Below are positions 43,475-54,919 of a stretch of 64,000 nt of DNA, one piece after another; position 1 is the first letter of the stretch; each line of letters starts with the position of its first letter. The DNA lies in assembly GCA_051294375.1 (NCBI GenBank), contig CM119268.1, forward strand, positions 9,188,718-9,252,717, given 5' to 3'. This stretch comes from Paraspadella gotoi (lineage: Eukaryota > Animalia > Chaetognatha). A program made the translations under genes and the position numbers. The notes beneath the pieces are model-generated. The model was not told where the DNA came from. It saw only the letters and a program-made list of their open reading frames with translations, and did no database searches.

Positions 43475-44102
43475 CTAACAGTTGAGGGTCGAGCAGAGAA
43501 AAGGCTTCCTCTGATTACAGTCTTCGTCGTCCCAGCGGCGACTTCTCGGCCAGTTGAGCTGGGCGCAGTTCTGTCGACGTTGTCCGTTGGGTTCACCGTC
43601 GGCCCATTCGGGTCTGGCGGGATGACCGTCGTACCACGTCCAGAAGCCCTCGTGACCGGAGTCCGTGGCGCCGATCCAGAAGGCGCCTCTATTGCCATAG
43701 TTGTTCTTGACCATCTGCATGGCGCCGGGCCGGTGGAGGGTAGCGAATTTGAGGCCGCGGCTGGCGCATTCCCCGCGGGCTTCATGCCAGTTCTTCCAGT
43801 CGGTGATCAATTGGTAGGTGCAGGGAAGTGGGTAAACCGGTGGGGAAATCGGATAAGGGGGAGGAGTAGGGTGGGGCGGGGCGACGACACCACCACCGCC
43901 GGTGGCCGCCTCCATGACCGCCGTGGCTCCAAGACGACCAGGAAGACCAGGAGCCCCAATGGGAGCCGGGGTTTCCCCAGGGACGTCCTCCGGGTCTGCC
44001 TCCGGGTCTGCCGCCGGGTCTGGGGCGGTAGTAAGAGCCTGGTCCGTGTTGCGCCGAGACCAAGGCGAAGAAAAGGCAGAGTAACCAGAGTTCAGTCGCC
44101 AT
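43475..44102 (-). CDS. Secreted C-type lectin 1 (EPN motif) with Gly/Arg/Trp/His-rich N-terminus; 1-bp frameshift at 43901-43902
   Basis: Signal peptide MATELWLLCLFFALVSA; CTLD W.EARGEC...FWIG...W..GEPN...NC...WDDEDC...FLC. Removing one base joins the two ORFs into 208 aa. Confidence 0.85.
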
Positions 44103-44348
44103 CTTGATAAAAGTCTTTTGGGTTAAAATGAATTCGCCGAAGTCTTGGAGCGGTGATTTGTTAGCTAAAAAAAAATCAATCAGCGGTAACGAAATAAAAT
44201 TAACAATTCACCATTAATTACGAACAAAATTAATAACAATTGAAAAAAGGGATAAGCAAGCGACATGGCAGTTAGTGTCAGGAAGTCAAAGAACGAAAAA
44301 CAACGAACGAATCGATGCAAGAAATTTTTCATTGACATTGACTTAAGG

Positions 44349-44810
44349 AGTGTGCAATAAAGCGTAGTGAAAGTACGAAAATTCTAATAGTCAATTATGA
44401 ACAACATACCATCAGTGAACATTTGTTTTAAAAAAAAGTAATTTCATGTTTTTTTTTAATTTTCGCAGTGGGCTATATTTATCTATAGTACTATCCTTAT
44501 AAAATCGAAAAATTTTAAAATAGGCTTTTCTTAATTTTAATTACAGATTTGAATTCCTTGTTGATAAAATTATTTTTAAAAATTCTTTCATGACGAATCC
44601 AATTCTGCAAAAAAATCTTTAAAAAAACTATTTTGAAATTTTAACATTTATTGGGTTAGTACTGTGTAAATATGGTCAACTACGTAAACTGTAAAATTTA
44701 CAATAAATTTTTTTTTATACATAAATGTTCATAAGTCTAATGTTGTTCGTTCCTCACTTTTAGAATCGTAATTTAAGTTAAATTTATAATTTTTACGCTT
44801 TAGTGTGCAA
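44349..44810. mobile_element. Diverged MITE related to 42208-42760
   Basis: Ends AGTGTGCAATAAAGCGTAGTGAAAG and TTTTACGCTTTAGTGTGCA; shares internal ACAGATT..ATTCCTTGTT. Confidence 0.55.
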
Positions 44811-44853
44811 CCAAGATCATTCACATATTGCAACACTTTAAAAAGGAAAGAGT

Positions 44854-45360
44854 TTAGCGGCAATAAGGAACCTTGCACAAAAACGGTTTTCGAACATCAC
44901 AGCCCGCGTCGTCCATTAAAGCTTCGCCGCCCCACTGAGGCCGATAGTTGGTCTGCGCGCAAGTTTGTGAGCCCTCTCCATCGGGCTCTCCACGAGACCA
45001 CCAACCGTCCTCGAAAAGGACGAGTCGGCCGTCGAGCCAAATCCACTGACCGTTCCAGTAGAGGGCCCCGACCCAGAATCGCTCTTCGCCGAGGGCGAAC
45101 TGTTCCAGGATGAATCGGTGCTCCTGCACCGACTCGATGGAAATCAGGCGAAGGCCCTGTCGGTTGCATTCGGCTCGAGCTTCGACCCAGGTGAGGGGAG
45201 TGAATTCGTAACTGTAACAGTGTCGATTGAAGACCGAGGGATATCCGCCACCGACTACGGGATAGAAGTCTCTATCCGGATACCCGCCGCCGATGCCGGG
45301 CCACGGCGCGTGCGAAAGTGACGGGAGGACGAACAAAATGGCGCTCAGCAAAAGAGTCAT
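44854..45360 (-). CDS. Secreted C-type lectin 2 (EPD motif), intronless, 168 aa
   Basis: ATG at 45360, signal peptide MTLLLSAILFVLPSLSHA, GGGYP x2, CTLD HCY...WVEARAEC...FWVG...GEPD...C...MDDAGC...FLC. Confidence 0.92.
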   Translation of the reverse strand: MTLLLSAILFVLPSLSHAPWPGIGGGYPDRDFYPVVGGGYPSVFNRHCYSYEFTPLTWVEARAECNRQGLRLISIESVQEHRFILEQFALGEERFWVGALYWNGQWIWLDGRLVLFEDGWWSRGEPDGEGSQTCAQTNYRPQWGGEALMDDAGCDVRKPFLCKVPYCR

Positions 45361-45530
45361 TTTTTTTCGAATACATTCGATCTGATTAGGAAGAATGTTT
45401 AATTTCACTAACTTATAAACAAAATACAATTTTAGGCGGCCGCGATTTGAAAATGATTATTTAATTATGGGAGAGAGTAAAAACCTCTTAAAAACCTCTT
45501 AAATCTCAAAGCGATAGCTCAAAAGGCTTT

Positions 45531-46148
45531 TCAAGCGCCCCCTTCCCCTTTCGCTTCGCATTTGACGCAGACAAAAGGCTGCGCTCTAGAACACGCGTCG
45601 TCATGCCACGGCCTCTCCTCTTCGTCTTGAAACTTCAAGTCCATGCAGTTCTCCTCGATGCCGCCGTTAATGGAGGCCTGTCTCCAAACGGTGTCGTTTA
45701 GATCGATGCTGCCGCCGAAGGGAGCCCAGACCCATCGACCTTCGTCCGTCTCCACGCCGCCGATCCAGACGGACTGGGCCCGTTCGCCCACGACGGACTT
45801 GACTTTTTCGAACTCTTCCTCAGAGTTGACGGTGGCCAGGTAGGACATTCCCTGCTCCCGACAAGAGGCAAGAGCGTCCGTCCAGGTTTTGGCCTCTGGG
45901 TGAAAGTCGGGGCCGCAAGTGACTAAGCCACGACCGCCAGGATGATCACCGCGTCCGCCTGAACGGTAGTAGTACCAATAGTCGCCGTAATGGTATGGCC
46001 GGTACCAGCTGGACCCGTACCAGTAGGGTCGTTGGAGCCAGTAGTGACGGTAGTATCCCGAGTTAAAGTACCAGGGGTGGTAATACGCAGAAACGTAGGC
46101 GGCGGCCAACAGAAGGACGAACGCGTTTAGAAGAGAGGTATTCGACAT
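45531..46148 (-). CDS. Secreted C-type lectin 3 with Tyr/Trp-rich N-terminus, intronless, 205 aa
   Basis: Signal peptide, then CTLD TWTDALASC...LATV...VWIGG...ENC...WHDDAC...FVC; no EPN/QPD motif. Confidence 0.92.
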   Translation of the reverse strand: MSNTSLLNAFVLLLAAAYVSAYYHPWYFNSGYYRHYWLQRPYWYGSSWYRPYHYGDYWYYYRSGGRGDHPGGRGLVTCGPDFHPEAKTWTDALASCREQGMSYLATVNSEEEFEKVKSVVGERAQSVWIGGVETDEGRWVWAPFGGSIDLNDTVWRQASINGGIEENCMDLKFQDEEERPWHDDACSRAQPFVCVKCEAKGEGGA

Positions 46149-46433
46149 GGCGGACTCAAAAAGATTGAGGGATTCGACTGGAACATTAAAATTAATTGTA
46201 TATAATCATTGAATTTTTGAATGAATTAAACAAAACATTAGTTCTAGTAATGAATAAGAATAAAGAAATAAGAATTTTACTTTTTAAAGAATAAAATAAT
46301 AATAACGTATATATAAAAGATAATGAAATGAAAAAAGAAAATGTAAATTAAGATAAAACCGGGAAAGAACAAGGTAAAATATTCGGAACGCAAAAAAGTC
46401 CATGCGGAAAGCGTATCAAAGTAAAACGAAAGT

Positions 46434-46468
46434 GACTGAGGGTAAGAGTCGAGAGATCGACTTTTATA
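46434..46468 (-). promoter_or_regulatory. TATA box plus initiator for lectin 3
   Basis: TATAAAAG at 46468-46461 and TCAGTC with its A at 46437 (31 nt spacing). Confidence 0.65.
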
Positions 46469-47261
46469 TCAAGTCAGCTTGGGTCAGTCCGGGTCAATCT
46501 CTCTCTCTCGCTTTTTTGGTTTCGAGAAGCCAATCCCCAACAAAGACACTCCGATTAGCGAGTGAAGATAAAAAAATCGGCTGCGTTCACTGTGATATTG
46601 TATTGAGTAGGGGGAATGTAGAACGCAGAGACAGGATTAATTTTTGCTTGACCTCAGACTGGGATTCGAGTATAGGCACGGAAGGTCTCAACGTTTTATA
46701 TTTATACAATATTATTAAATTTCTAATTGACGTAATGAAAAGATTTTACACATTTTACAAAAACCAAAACGTCCCTGCTTTCTAGATACGTAAATTCAAT
46801 TTTCACAAATAAGCTTTCACAAACAATTCACCGAACTAAGGCGCGGCGTGCCAGTGAATCCAACTGAAAATCATCACTCAACCTTTCCTTTTTTCTTCTT
46901 TCTTTTTCTCCCCCAAGTATTTTCTCATCTTCATTTATTTCCCTCCCCCCCACCCCCTCTCACGCTCCAGGCCCTCTTTACTTCCCTCGCTCCCCTTTTT
47001 TTTCACTTGTCTGCCTTTTTTTTCTCTCCCGGCGCCATTGACTGGTTTTTCCTTCATTGTCGCGTCGAAGAAAGGTCGTGCCCTTATTTGGTCATGGAGC
47101 GAAATACATCTAGAAAGGAGGATGGAGGCGGNNNNNNNNNNNNNNNNNNNNNNNNNATTTAAAGAAGAAAAAAAAAAAAAATAAAGAAACAAAGAAAACT
47201 CATAAATGGATCGACTTTTCGACTCGGGTCAATTGAAGAACAGGTTTTTTTACGACCCATC

Positions 47262-47335
<74 letters not shown>

Positions 47336-47361
47336 TCAGGGAAACCGGATTTTCGGGTTCA

Positions 47362-49608
47362 CCCGCCTCCATCCTCCTTTCTAGATGTATTTCGCTCCAT
47401 GACCAAATAAGGGCACGACCTTTCTTCGACGCGACAATGAAGGAAAAACCAGTCAATGGCGCCGGAGAGAAAAAAAAGGCAGACAAGTGAAAAAAAAGGG
47501 GAGCGAGGGAAGTAAAGAGGCCTGGAGCGTGAGAGGGGGTGGGGGGGAGGGAAATAAATGAAGATGAGAAAATACTTGGGGGAGAAAAAGAAAGAAGAAA
47601 AAAGGAAAGGTTGAGTGATGATTTTCAGTTGGATTCACTGGCACGCCGCGCCTTAGTTCGGTGAATTGTTTGTGAAAGCTTATTTGTGAAAATTGAATTA
47701 CGTATCTAGAAAGCAGGGACGTTTTGGTTTTTGTAAAATGTTAAAATCTTTTCATTACGTCAATTAGAAATTTAATAATATTGTATAAATATAAAACGTT
47801 GAGACCTTCCGTGCCTATACTCGAATCCCAGTCTGAGGTCAAGCAAAAATTAATCCTGTCTCTGCGTTCTACATTCCCCCTACTCAATACAATATCACAG
47901 TGAACGCAGCCGATTTTTTTATCTTCACTCGCTAATCGGAGTGTCTTTGTTGGGGATTGGCTTCTCGAAACCAAAAAACGCAGAGAGAGAGATTGACCCG
48001 GACTGACCCAAGCTGACTTGATATAAAAGTCGATCTCTCGACTCTTACCCTCAGTCCTTTCGTTTTACTTTGATACGCTTTCCGCATGGACTTTTTTGCG
48101 TTCCGAATATTTTACCTTGTTCTTTCCCGGTTTTATCTTAATTTACATTTTCTTTTTTCATTTCATTATCTTTTATATATACGTTATTATTATTTTATTC
48201 TTTAAAAAGTAAAATTCTTATTTCTTTATTCTTATTCATTACTAGAACTAATGTTTTGTTTAATTCATTCAAAAATTCAATGATTATATACAATTAATTT
48301 TAATGTTCCAGTCGAATCCCTCAATCTTTTTGAGTCCGCCATGTCGAATACCTCTCTTCTAAACGCGTTCGTCCTTCTGTTGGCCGCCGCCTACGTTTCT
48401 GCGTATTACCACCCCTGGTACTTTAACTCGGGATACTACCGTCACTACTGGCTCCAACGACCCTACTGGTACGGGTCCAGCTGGTACCGGCCATACCATT
48501 ACGGCGACTATGTGTACTACTACCGTTTCAGGCGGACGCGGTGATCATCCTGGCGGTCGTGGCTTAGTCACTTGCGGCCCCGACTTTCACCCAGAGGCCA
48601 AAACCTGGACGGACGCTCTTGCCTCTTGTCGGGAGCAGGGAATGTCCTACCTGGCCACCGTCAACTCTGAGGAAGAGTTCGAAAAAGTCAAGTCCGTCGT
48701 GGGCGAACGGGCCCAGTCCGTCTGGATCGGCGGCGTGGAGACGGACGAAGGTCGATGGGTCTGGGCTCCCTTCGGCGGCAGCATCGATCTAAACGACACC
48801 GTTTGGAGACAGGCCTCCATTAACGGGCGGCATCGAGGAGAACTGCATGGACTTGAAGTTTCAAGACGAAGAGGAGAGGCCGTGGCATGACGACGCGTGT
48901 TCTAGAGCGCAGCCTTTTGTCTGCGTCAAATGCGAAGCGAAAAGGGGAAGGGGGCGCTTGAAAAGCCTTTTGAGCTATCGCTTTGAGATTTAAGAGGTTT
49001 TTAAGAGGTTTTTACTCCTCTCCATAATTAAATAATCATTTTCAAATCGCGGCCGCCTAAAATTGTATTTTGTTTATAAGTTAGTGAAATTAAACATTCT
49101 TCTAATCAGATCGAATGTATTCGAAAAAAAAATGACTCTTTTGCTGAGCGCCATTTTGTTCGTCCTCCCGTCACTTTCGCACGCGCCGTGGCCCGGCATC
49201 GGCGGCGGGTATCCGGATAGAGACTTCTATCCCGTAGTCGGTGGCGGATATCCCTCGGTCTTCAATCGACACTGTTACAGTTACGAATTCACTCCCTCAC
49301 CTGGGTCGAAGCTCGAGCCGAATGCAACCGACAGGGCCTTCGCCTGATTTCCATCGAGTCGGTGCAGGAGCACCGTTTCATCCTGGAACAGTTCGCCCTC
49401 GGCGAAGAGCGATTCTGGGTCGGGCCCTCTACTGGAACGGTCAGTGGATTTGGCTCGACGGCCGACTCGTCCTTTTCGAGGACGGTTGGTGGTCTCGTGG
49501 AGAGCCCCGATGGAGAGGGCTCACAAACTTGCGCGCAGACCAACTATCGGCCTCAGTGGGGCGGCGAAGCTTTAATGGACGACGCGGGCTGTGATGTTCG
49601 AAAACCGT
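47362..49608 (+). repeat. Inverted copy of 44883-47131 with frameshifted lectin 3 (from 48341) and frameshifted, truncated lectin 2 (from 49132)
   Basis: Reverse-complement identity apart from small indels; N gap near the centre; arm ends before the last CTLD Cys of lectin 2. Confidence 0.9.
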
Positions 49609-50093
49609 CCATTTTTCTGGGTTTACTTTGTTCCCGTTTTCAGTCATTTGTCTATTGTCTAATTAATGATTCCAAAACTAAACACATTAACTAAAAAAAT
49701 TTTTTCTAATTAAATTTTAACTACTTTCTGCTAATGAATACAGATATTTTAATTACGAGAACGAAACTTTTATATTGAATAAGAGACAAAGCTATAATAA
49801 TAATAATAATCTCAATAATAACGTTTCAGCGAATAGCGTCAATGTCAGATAGAATTCTGTTTGATTGACAAAAACGATCTGTTTGAACTCAGAAACTAAA
49901 CTCTGAAGGTTTTTCAAGACATTATTATTATTCTTCCTTATCCCGTATGAACGACTAGAAAAATTCTAAGAATTAAAAATGAAACTACCAACGCAACTTG
50001 CCGATCACATTATCTCCATTTCCTCACGATCCCCAAACGAACCCCTAAAACCCTTAAACCACCTCACCCCCGATTCCACTCTCACTCAAAAGC

Positions 50094-53000
50094 TCAAAGG
50101 CCGGGGAAGCAAGCCTTGAACCCGGGCGTCTCCTTTCCCTGCGCGAAGACGGCCACGGGCACCAGGGCGTGGTCGGACGTCATCAGGTAGTTGTGGGCGC
50201 GGCCCATGGCCGTCTTCCGCTCCGCGGCCGACGCCGCGCCGCCGATCCACACGAAACACTCCGCGCCGACGACGTCGAGGATGAAGACGTCGTTGGGGTC
50301 GAGAAGGGAGGAGTCGAGGGATGTGGAAGACTCCGTCACCTTAAGCCGGGGGGGGGGAGAGGGAGGAAGGAGGAAAGGGGAGGAAGAAAAATGATGTCGG
50401 AGAATGCAAAGAGACGAGTGGATGAAAGGGGGGGAAATAAAGAATTTCCCAAAAGGGGAGGAGAGAGAGAGAAAAAAAAGAGAGAGAAGGAAGAGAAGAA
50501 AGAGAAAGGGGGAAGGTATAGAAAAAGAGAGAGAGAGAGAGAAACGAGAGAGAAACATGGAAGAAAAATAATAAACTACGCGACCAACGCACTTTAATAA
50601 AAACAAAACTTAAGCCGGCTCGCAACCTTGTTAAAATCCAAACGACCGCCCGCGTCGGACAGTTTGAAGAGAATTCTTTTGCCGGAGTTGACCGCCGTGT
50701 TGTCGTCGTCGTCGTCGTCGTCGTCGATGGCGCTCGATTCCGCTTCTTCCAACTTTTTCCAAAATTCTTTGTCGTCGCCAGAATCTACGACCACAGAAGA
50801 GACTTCCTCGTGACTGCGCGAACCTTTCAGTTCCGCCAGGAAAGTCATCGCCTTGTCAAGTTAGGGGGAGGGGCCCGAGGGGTTGTAGTTTTCAAATTTA
50901 ATCGTTAAAGTTTCATTTATTAATGGATTAGGTATCGATTTGCGAGTTTGTCTTTATATCAATCTCTTCTTTTTTTTTCTTTTTTTTTTGCAACGATATC
51001 CGCAATTACTGTATTTGTTTGCTTTGTTTTCTATTTCAGAAAAAAAAAGTAAAAAAAAATTACGAGCAAAACTGATTGGCAAACGATATTTGTGCACGAG
51101 TTAATATTTTTTAATTTTACCTCACCTTCGACTTCTCGGCCAAGTTGGCGCCGGCGCCGTTCCATTGAATCATAGTTGTCCCGAGGTCGAGGATAAATAT
51201 GTCGTTCTCCTAATAGTGAAAATAAACGAGAAATTAACCAGGCAAGGGCATCGATTTCTGACCAAAAGAAGGGCCAAGAGGCTATAGCAACTGTTGGCTT
51301 TAGGGGCTTCCGACCCTCAGTGGCGCCGTCTGTCACTGGCGCAGTTACACTTGGACGGTCTCTCTTTGCCAACACAAAGGGAAGTCGTTGTGAATGAATG
51401 GAATGGATGGAACGTATTGCTCGGGATGGTGCGTTCCCCATCTGAGCCAATGGGATTTCGGAATGAAGCTGGATGTGAGGCGATGTGAATATACCGTCAC
51501 AGGCCAATATTTAAGTTTACATCCGCGATTAGAGATAACAATGACAACATCGAAAAACTACCGACCAGTTTGTTCCCAACCCTTCAAGCATCAAGAATAT
51601 CATTTAACGATGGACATAAAAAAAACACCTTGACGTTCTTTTTGAGCGGAGCCACTTCCTTCACGTCGACGCGACCTCTTGTGCCGCTGACGTGAAGCAG
51701 ACGCGGTTTGTATTGTTCGGGCGTCACGTGACGAAATCCGGAATCAGCCCCGCCTTAATATTAATCGTTTAACGTAGCAACTGAGTATATTTTTAAACCC
51801 GAATAAAACAATCAAAATTTTAATTTTTAGAGCACGCTACATGAACCCGAGAAGGTGATTTTTTATTTCTATTCCCGCCGATGCTCCTTTGTTTCATTGC
51901 TTTCCTTTTATACGCCTTGGATAATTTCGCCCACCTGACAAATATTGCATGGTTGGAAAGTAGGATTTAAACTTTTCGCTTTCGTGTCCTTGCACTTCCC
52001 GATGCTGAACCGGTTTGTCCTGATGGGGAAAAAAAATGCCTACGTCGTTTTCAAACAGAAAAAAAAAAAATTCCTAAATCCTCTTCTCTCAGTCGGCCTC
52101 GCCTTGTGAAAAGTGTCGAGTTCCACCGTCTTGTAAGCGGCCGCCCCGTACTCGTCTTGCGTCGAGTATTTCCCGATCCAAAAATGAAGATCCATCTGTA
52201 GCTCCTCTTCATCCGGGACTTTGTAGCTGGGACGGGTTAGGGTCGAAAGAGAGGTTAGGATCGTCGGAAGCGGGGAGACATAATGTGTGAATTGGACTGT
52301 AATAGGAGATATACGCTGGTGGATAAAGAAGGGGTGGTTTTGAATATTTAAAAATAAGTGGGGCTCATAACTTTGAAGGCGGGGGTCTTAAAACATGAAA
52401 GGAATCTTTTAAATTAAAAAAAACAAAAAAACAGGGGTTTCTAAACTAATCTAAGAGAGCTTTAAAACTTCAAAATCAGTGATCCTGAAGCACAAAAAAA
52501 GAGAAGTTTAAAAGCATGGATATTGGAGAGTCGGGATGCAAAAACTTCCGGTTACGCGCGGGAAAAAAAAGGGGGGGTGGTGGGGGGGGAGGAGCTAGTA
52601 ATGACTTTTTTGTCATTGCTTCGGCGGCGAACGAGAAAAAAAAATTCATTTGGCGATAATGCGTTTCCTTTTCCGCGTTGAGAGTTTTCGTCGTAATTTG
52701 CGAGCAAAGAGATGCCTCGTGAGTTGATGTTTATGTTGTTGATGACGTTGACGGGGGAAACCCGTCAAAAAAAAATGAAAATTAAAAAAAAAAAATTACT
52801 GCGACTATCGGTCGATGAACCTTTTTACAGGGAAGTTCCTCTAGAATCAATCAAGCAGCCAATGGCCAATTTAACTTGAAGCTCAATGATAAGCGAGTAC
52901 ATTATTTATCAATTTGTCCGCAATCTCAAATCAAATCAATCGTTCTTACGTTCTCAGTACGATGTACGAGTCTCCCATGTAAAACTCTCCGTACTGATCC

Positions 53001-53179
53001 TCGGGCCAGTCCACGACCTGGAACTTGACGATCCTCCAGATCTGAAGCCCTTCCTTCTCTCCGCTGCCCCGCCACGCCGCCTCCGACGAGGCCGCCGCCT
53101 CCTTGACCTTCCGCTCGAGCGGCGAGCCGAAGAGCGCCAGGTTTGAGTCGCGGAAGTCGTACTTCTTCGCCTTTTGCAT
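50094..53179 (-). CDS. Three-domain gelsolin/severin-like actin-severing protein, 372 aa; exons 53179-52950, 52226-52103, 52019-51935, 51753-51629, 51209-51126, 50851-50627, 50339-50094
   Basis: GLQIWRIVKF, YGEFYMGDSYIVL, LHFWIGKYSTQDEYGAAAYKTVELD, PVQHREVQGHES, DIFILD, DVFILD motifs; all exon phases are consistent. Confidence 0.96.
51240..51510 (-). mobile_element. Possible tRNA-derived/SINE-like insert in gelsolin intron 4
   Basis: GC-balanced block in an AT-rich intron with A-box-like TGGCTCAGATGG; no clear B box and no second copy seen. Confidence 0.3.
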
Positions 53180-53236
53180 GATCGTCGATTAGATTTCTAT
53201 CGCGATTTTTTTTTTTTCGATCGAGTGGGAATTTAA

Positions 53237-53487
53237 GTCGATTGTGGGGGAGTCCTGTGCTGTGGATGGCTGTGGATGGAAAAGGGGATAGAAGGGATAT
53301 GTTTGAAAGGCGATTGATAAGTTCTTTATTAAATATGTACAGTGTACATATGTACATATGTACACGNNNNNNNNNNGTCGATTGTGGGGGAGACCTGTGC
53401 TGTGGATGGCTGTGGATGGAAAAGGGGATATGTTTGGAAGGCGATTGATATGTTGTTTATTAAATATGTACAGTGTACATATGTACA
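53237..53487. repeat. ~130-bp duplication across an N gap
   Basis: GTCGATTGTGGGGGAG... occurs on both sides of the gap; likely unmerged contig overlap. Confidence 0.7.
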
Positions 53488-53549
53488 CGGAACTGACTTG
53501 TATGAATATGACACGATTAAGGCAGAAAAAATAGCATATGTATTTGTAG

Positions 53550-53580
<31 letters not shown>

Positions 53581-54467
53581 GACACATTCATACCAGTGAC
53601 AGCAAATTGTCTTCAAGAAAATTCCCGAAAAATACGAATTAAAGAAAAGTTTCTTTAAAAAAATTCAAAAAAAAAAAAAAAAACTGGGGCGATTCGACCT
53701 TTCGACCAACCGAGACTAAATGCCAACGACTAATATCAGTTTTCCTCAGGCTGCCAGGCGAGAGCCGCCACGCCGCCATGCGGGTCCACGGGCGGAGGCG
53801 TTCAACGACCGCAGCTTTTCGATTTTATCGCCGGCAGATTCGAATGAAAACGAGAACTAATATCGATGGCGATTGACTTTTGTTTGGTAACGTTAACTTC
53901 ATTTATTGTCATTATAATAACTATTGAGGAGAGCAAAAATCTGATCTGATATATCTTCTTCTCCAATTTATTAAGATTTCATGAAAATAATCCGCTGCTG
54001 CCCCACCGAGCTGTTATTTGATCTTTGCTGGGTTATTTGTCGAGACAAAATAATAACCTCGAATAATAACCGTAAACATTTTAGTGTGGATCGTTTGATT
54101 CCTTGTCTGAATCTACATCTATCTTTCCCTAGGCCAAGGCGAAACAAACAATATCATGCCATAAACCACATAAAAAATATTTAATATATTAATATTATTA
54201 TATATACTGAATTATTATACTTAATTATTATATATACTGAAGCCTACTTAAGTAGAGCCCTCACGCAAATTTAAATCGAGCTTTATGAAATTTCCGAAGG
54301 GACCGAAGGGCGACTCGTTACCCGCAGCTGACGGATTTATGGGAAATTTTGGAAAAGGTTTTCGAGATAAGACTGGCTGAGGTGAAGCCTTTTAATTTCG
54401 AGAAGATCAGAGCCGATTTCCAGGTTTTATCTCGGCCTTGCAGCGTGATTGGGAACTCTCTCTCTCT

Positions 54468-54537
<70 letters not shown>

Positions 54538-54919
54538 CTCCTCCCCCTTCAAAATTAGATTTACCTCTGTCTTATATTTCTTCTCCCTCCTCCCTTTCTC
54601 TCCCCCCTCTTTCTTTCCTCCATTCCACCCTGCACTCCAACTCTATCTTTCTATTCTCCCGCAGCTCTCTTTCTCTCCCTCTTCTGTCCTACTTAAACCC
54701 TCCAACCTCTACTCACCTTTTTTTTACAAAACGGCCAAAGTCGATCAGTCAAACGTTTGACACGCGACCTCGGCAAAGGATCCAGAAGATTAAGCCGCTT
54801 ATCGCATTTCGATAAAAGTCTGTTTGCCAATTCGCGTTCGATCTAGTCTGAGACGACTAAGACAATTTTTGTTTGTACGTTGTCATTGAAGTCCTAAGAC
54901 CCCACGCTAAACCCGCGCC

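Noticed and set aside
43316-44107. 263-aa plus-strand ORF
   Set aside because: Antisense shadow of the GC-rich lectin 1 gene with no recognisable motifs.
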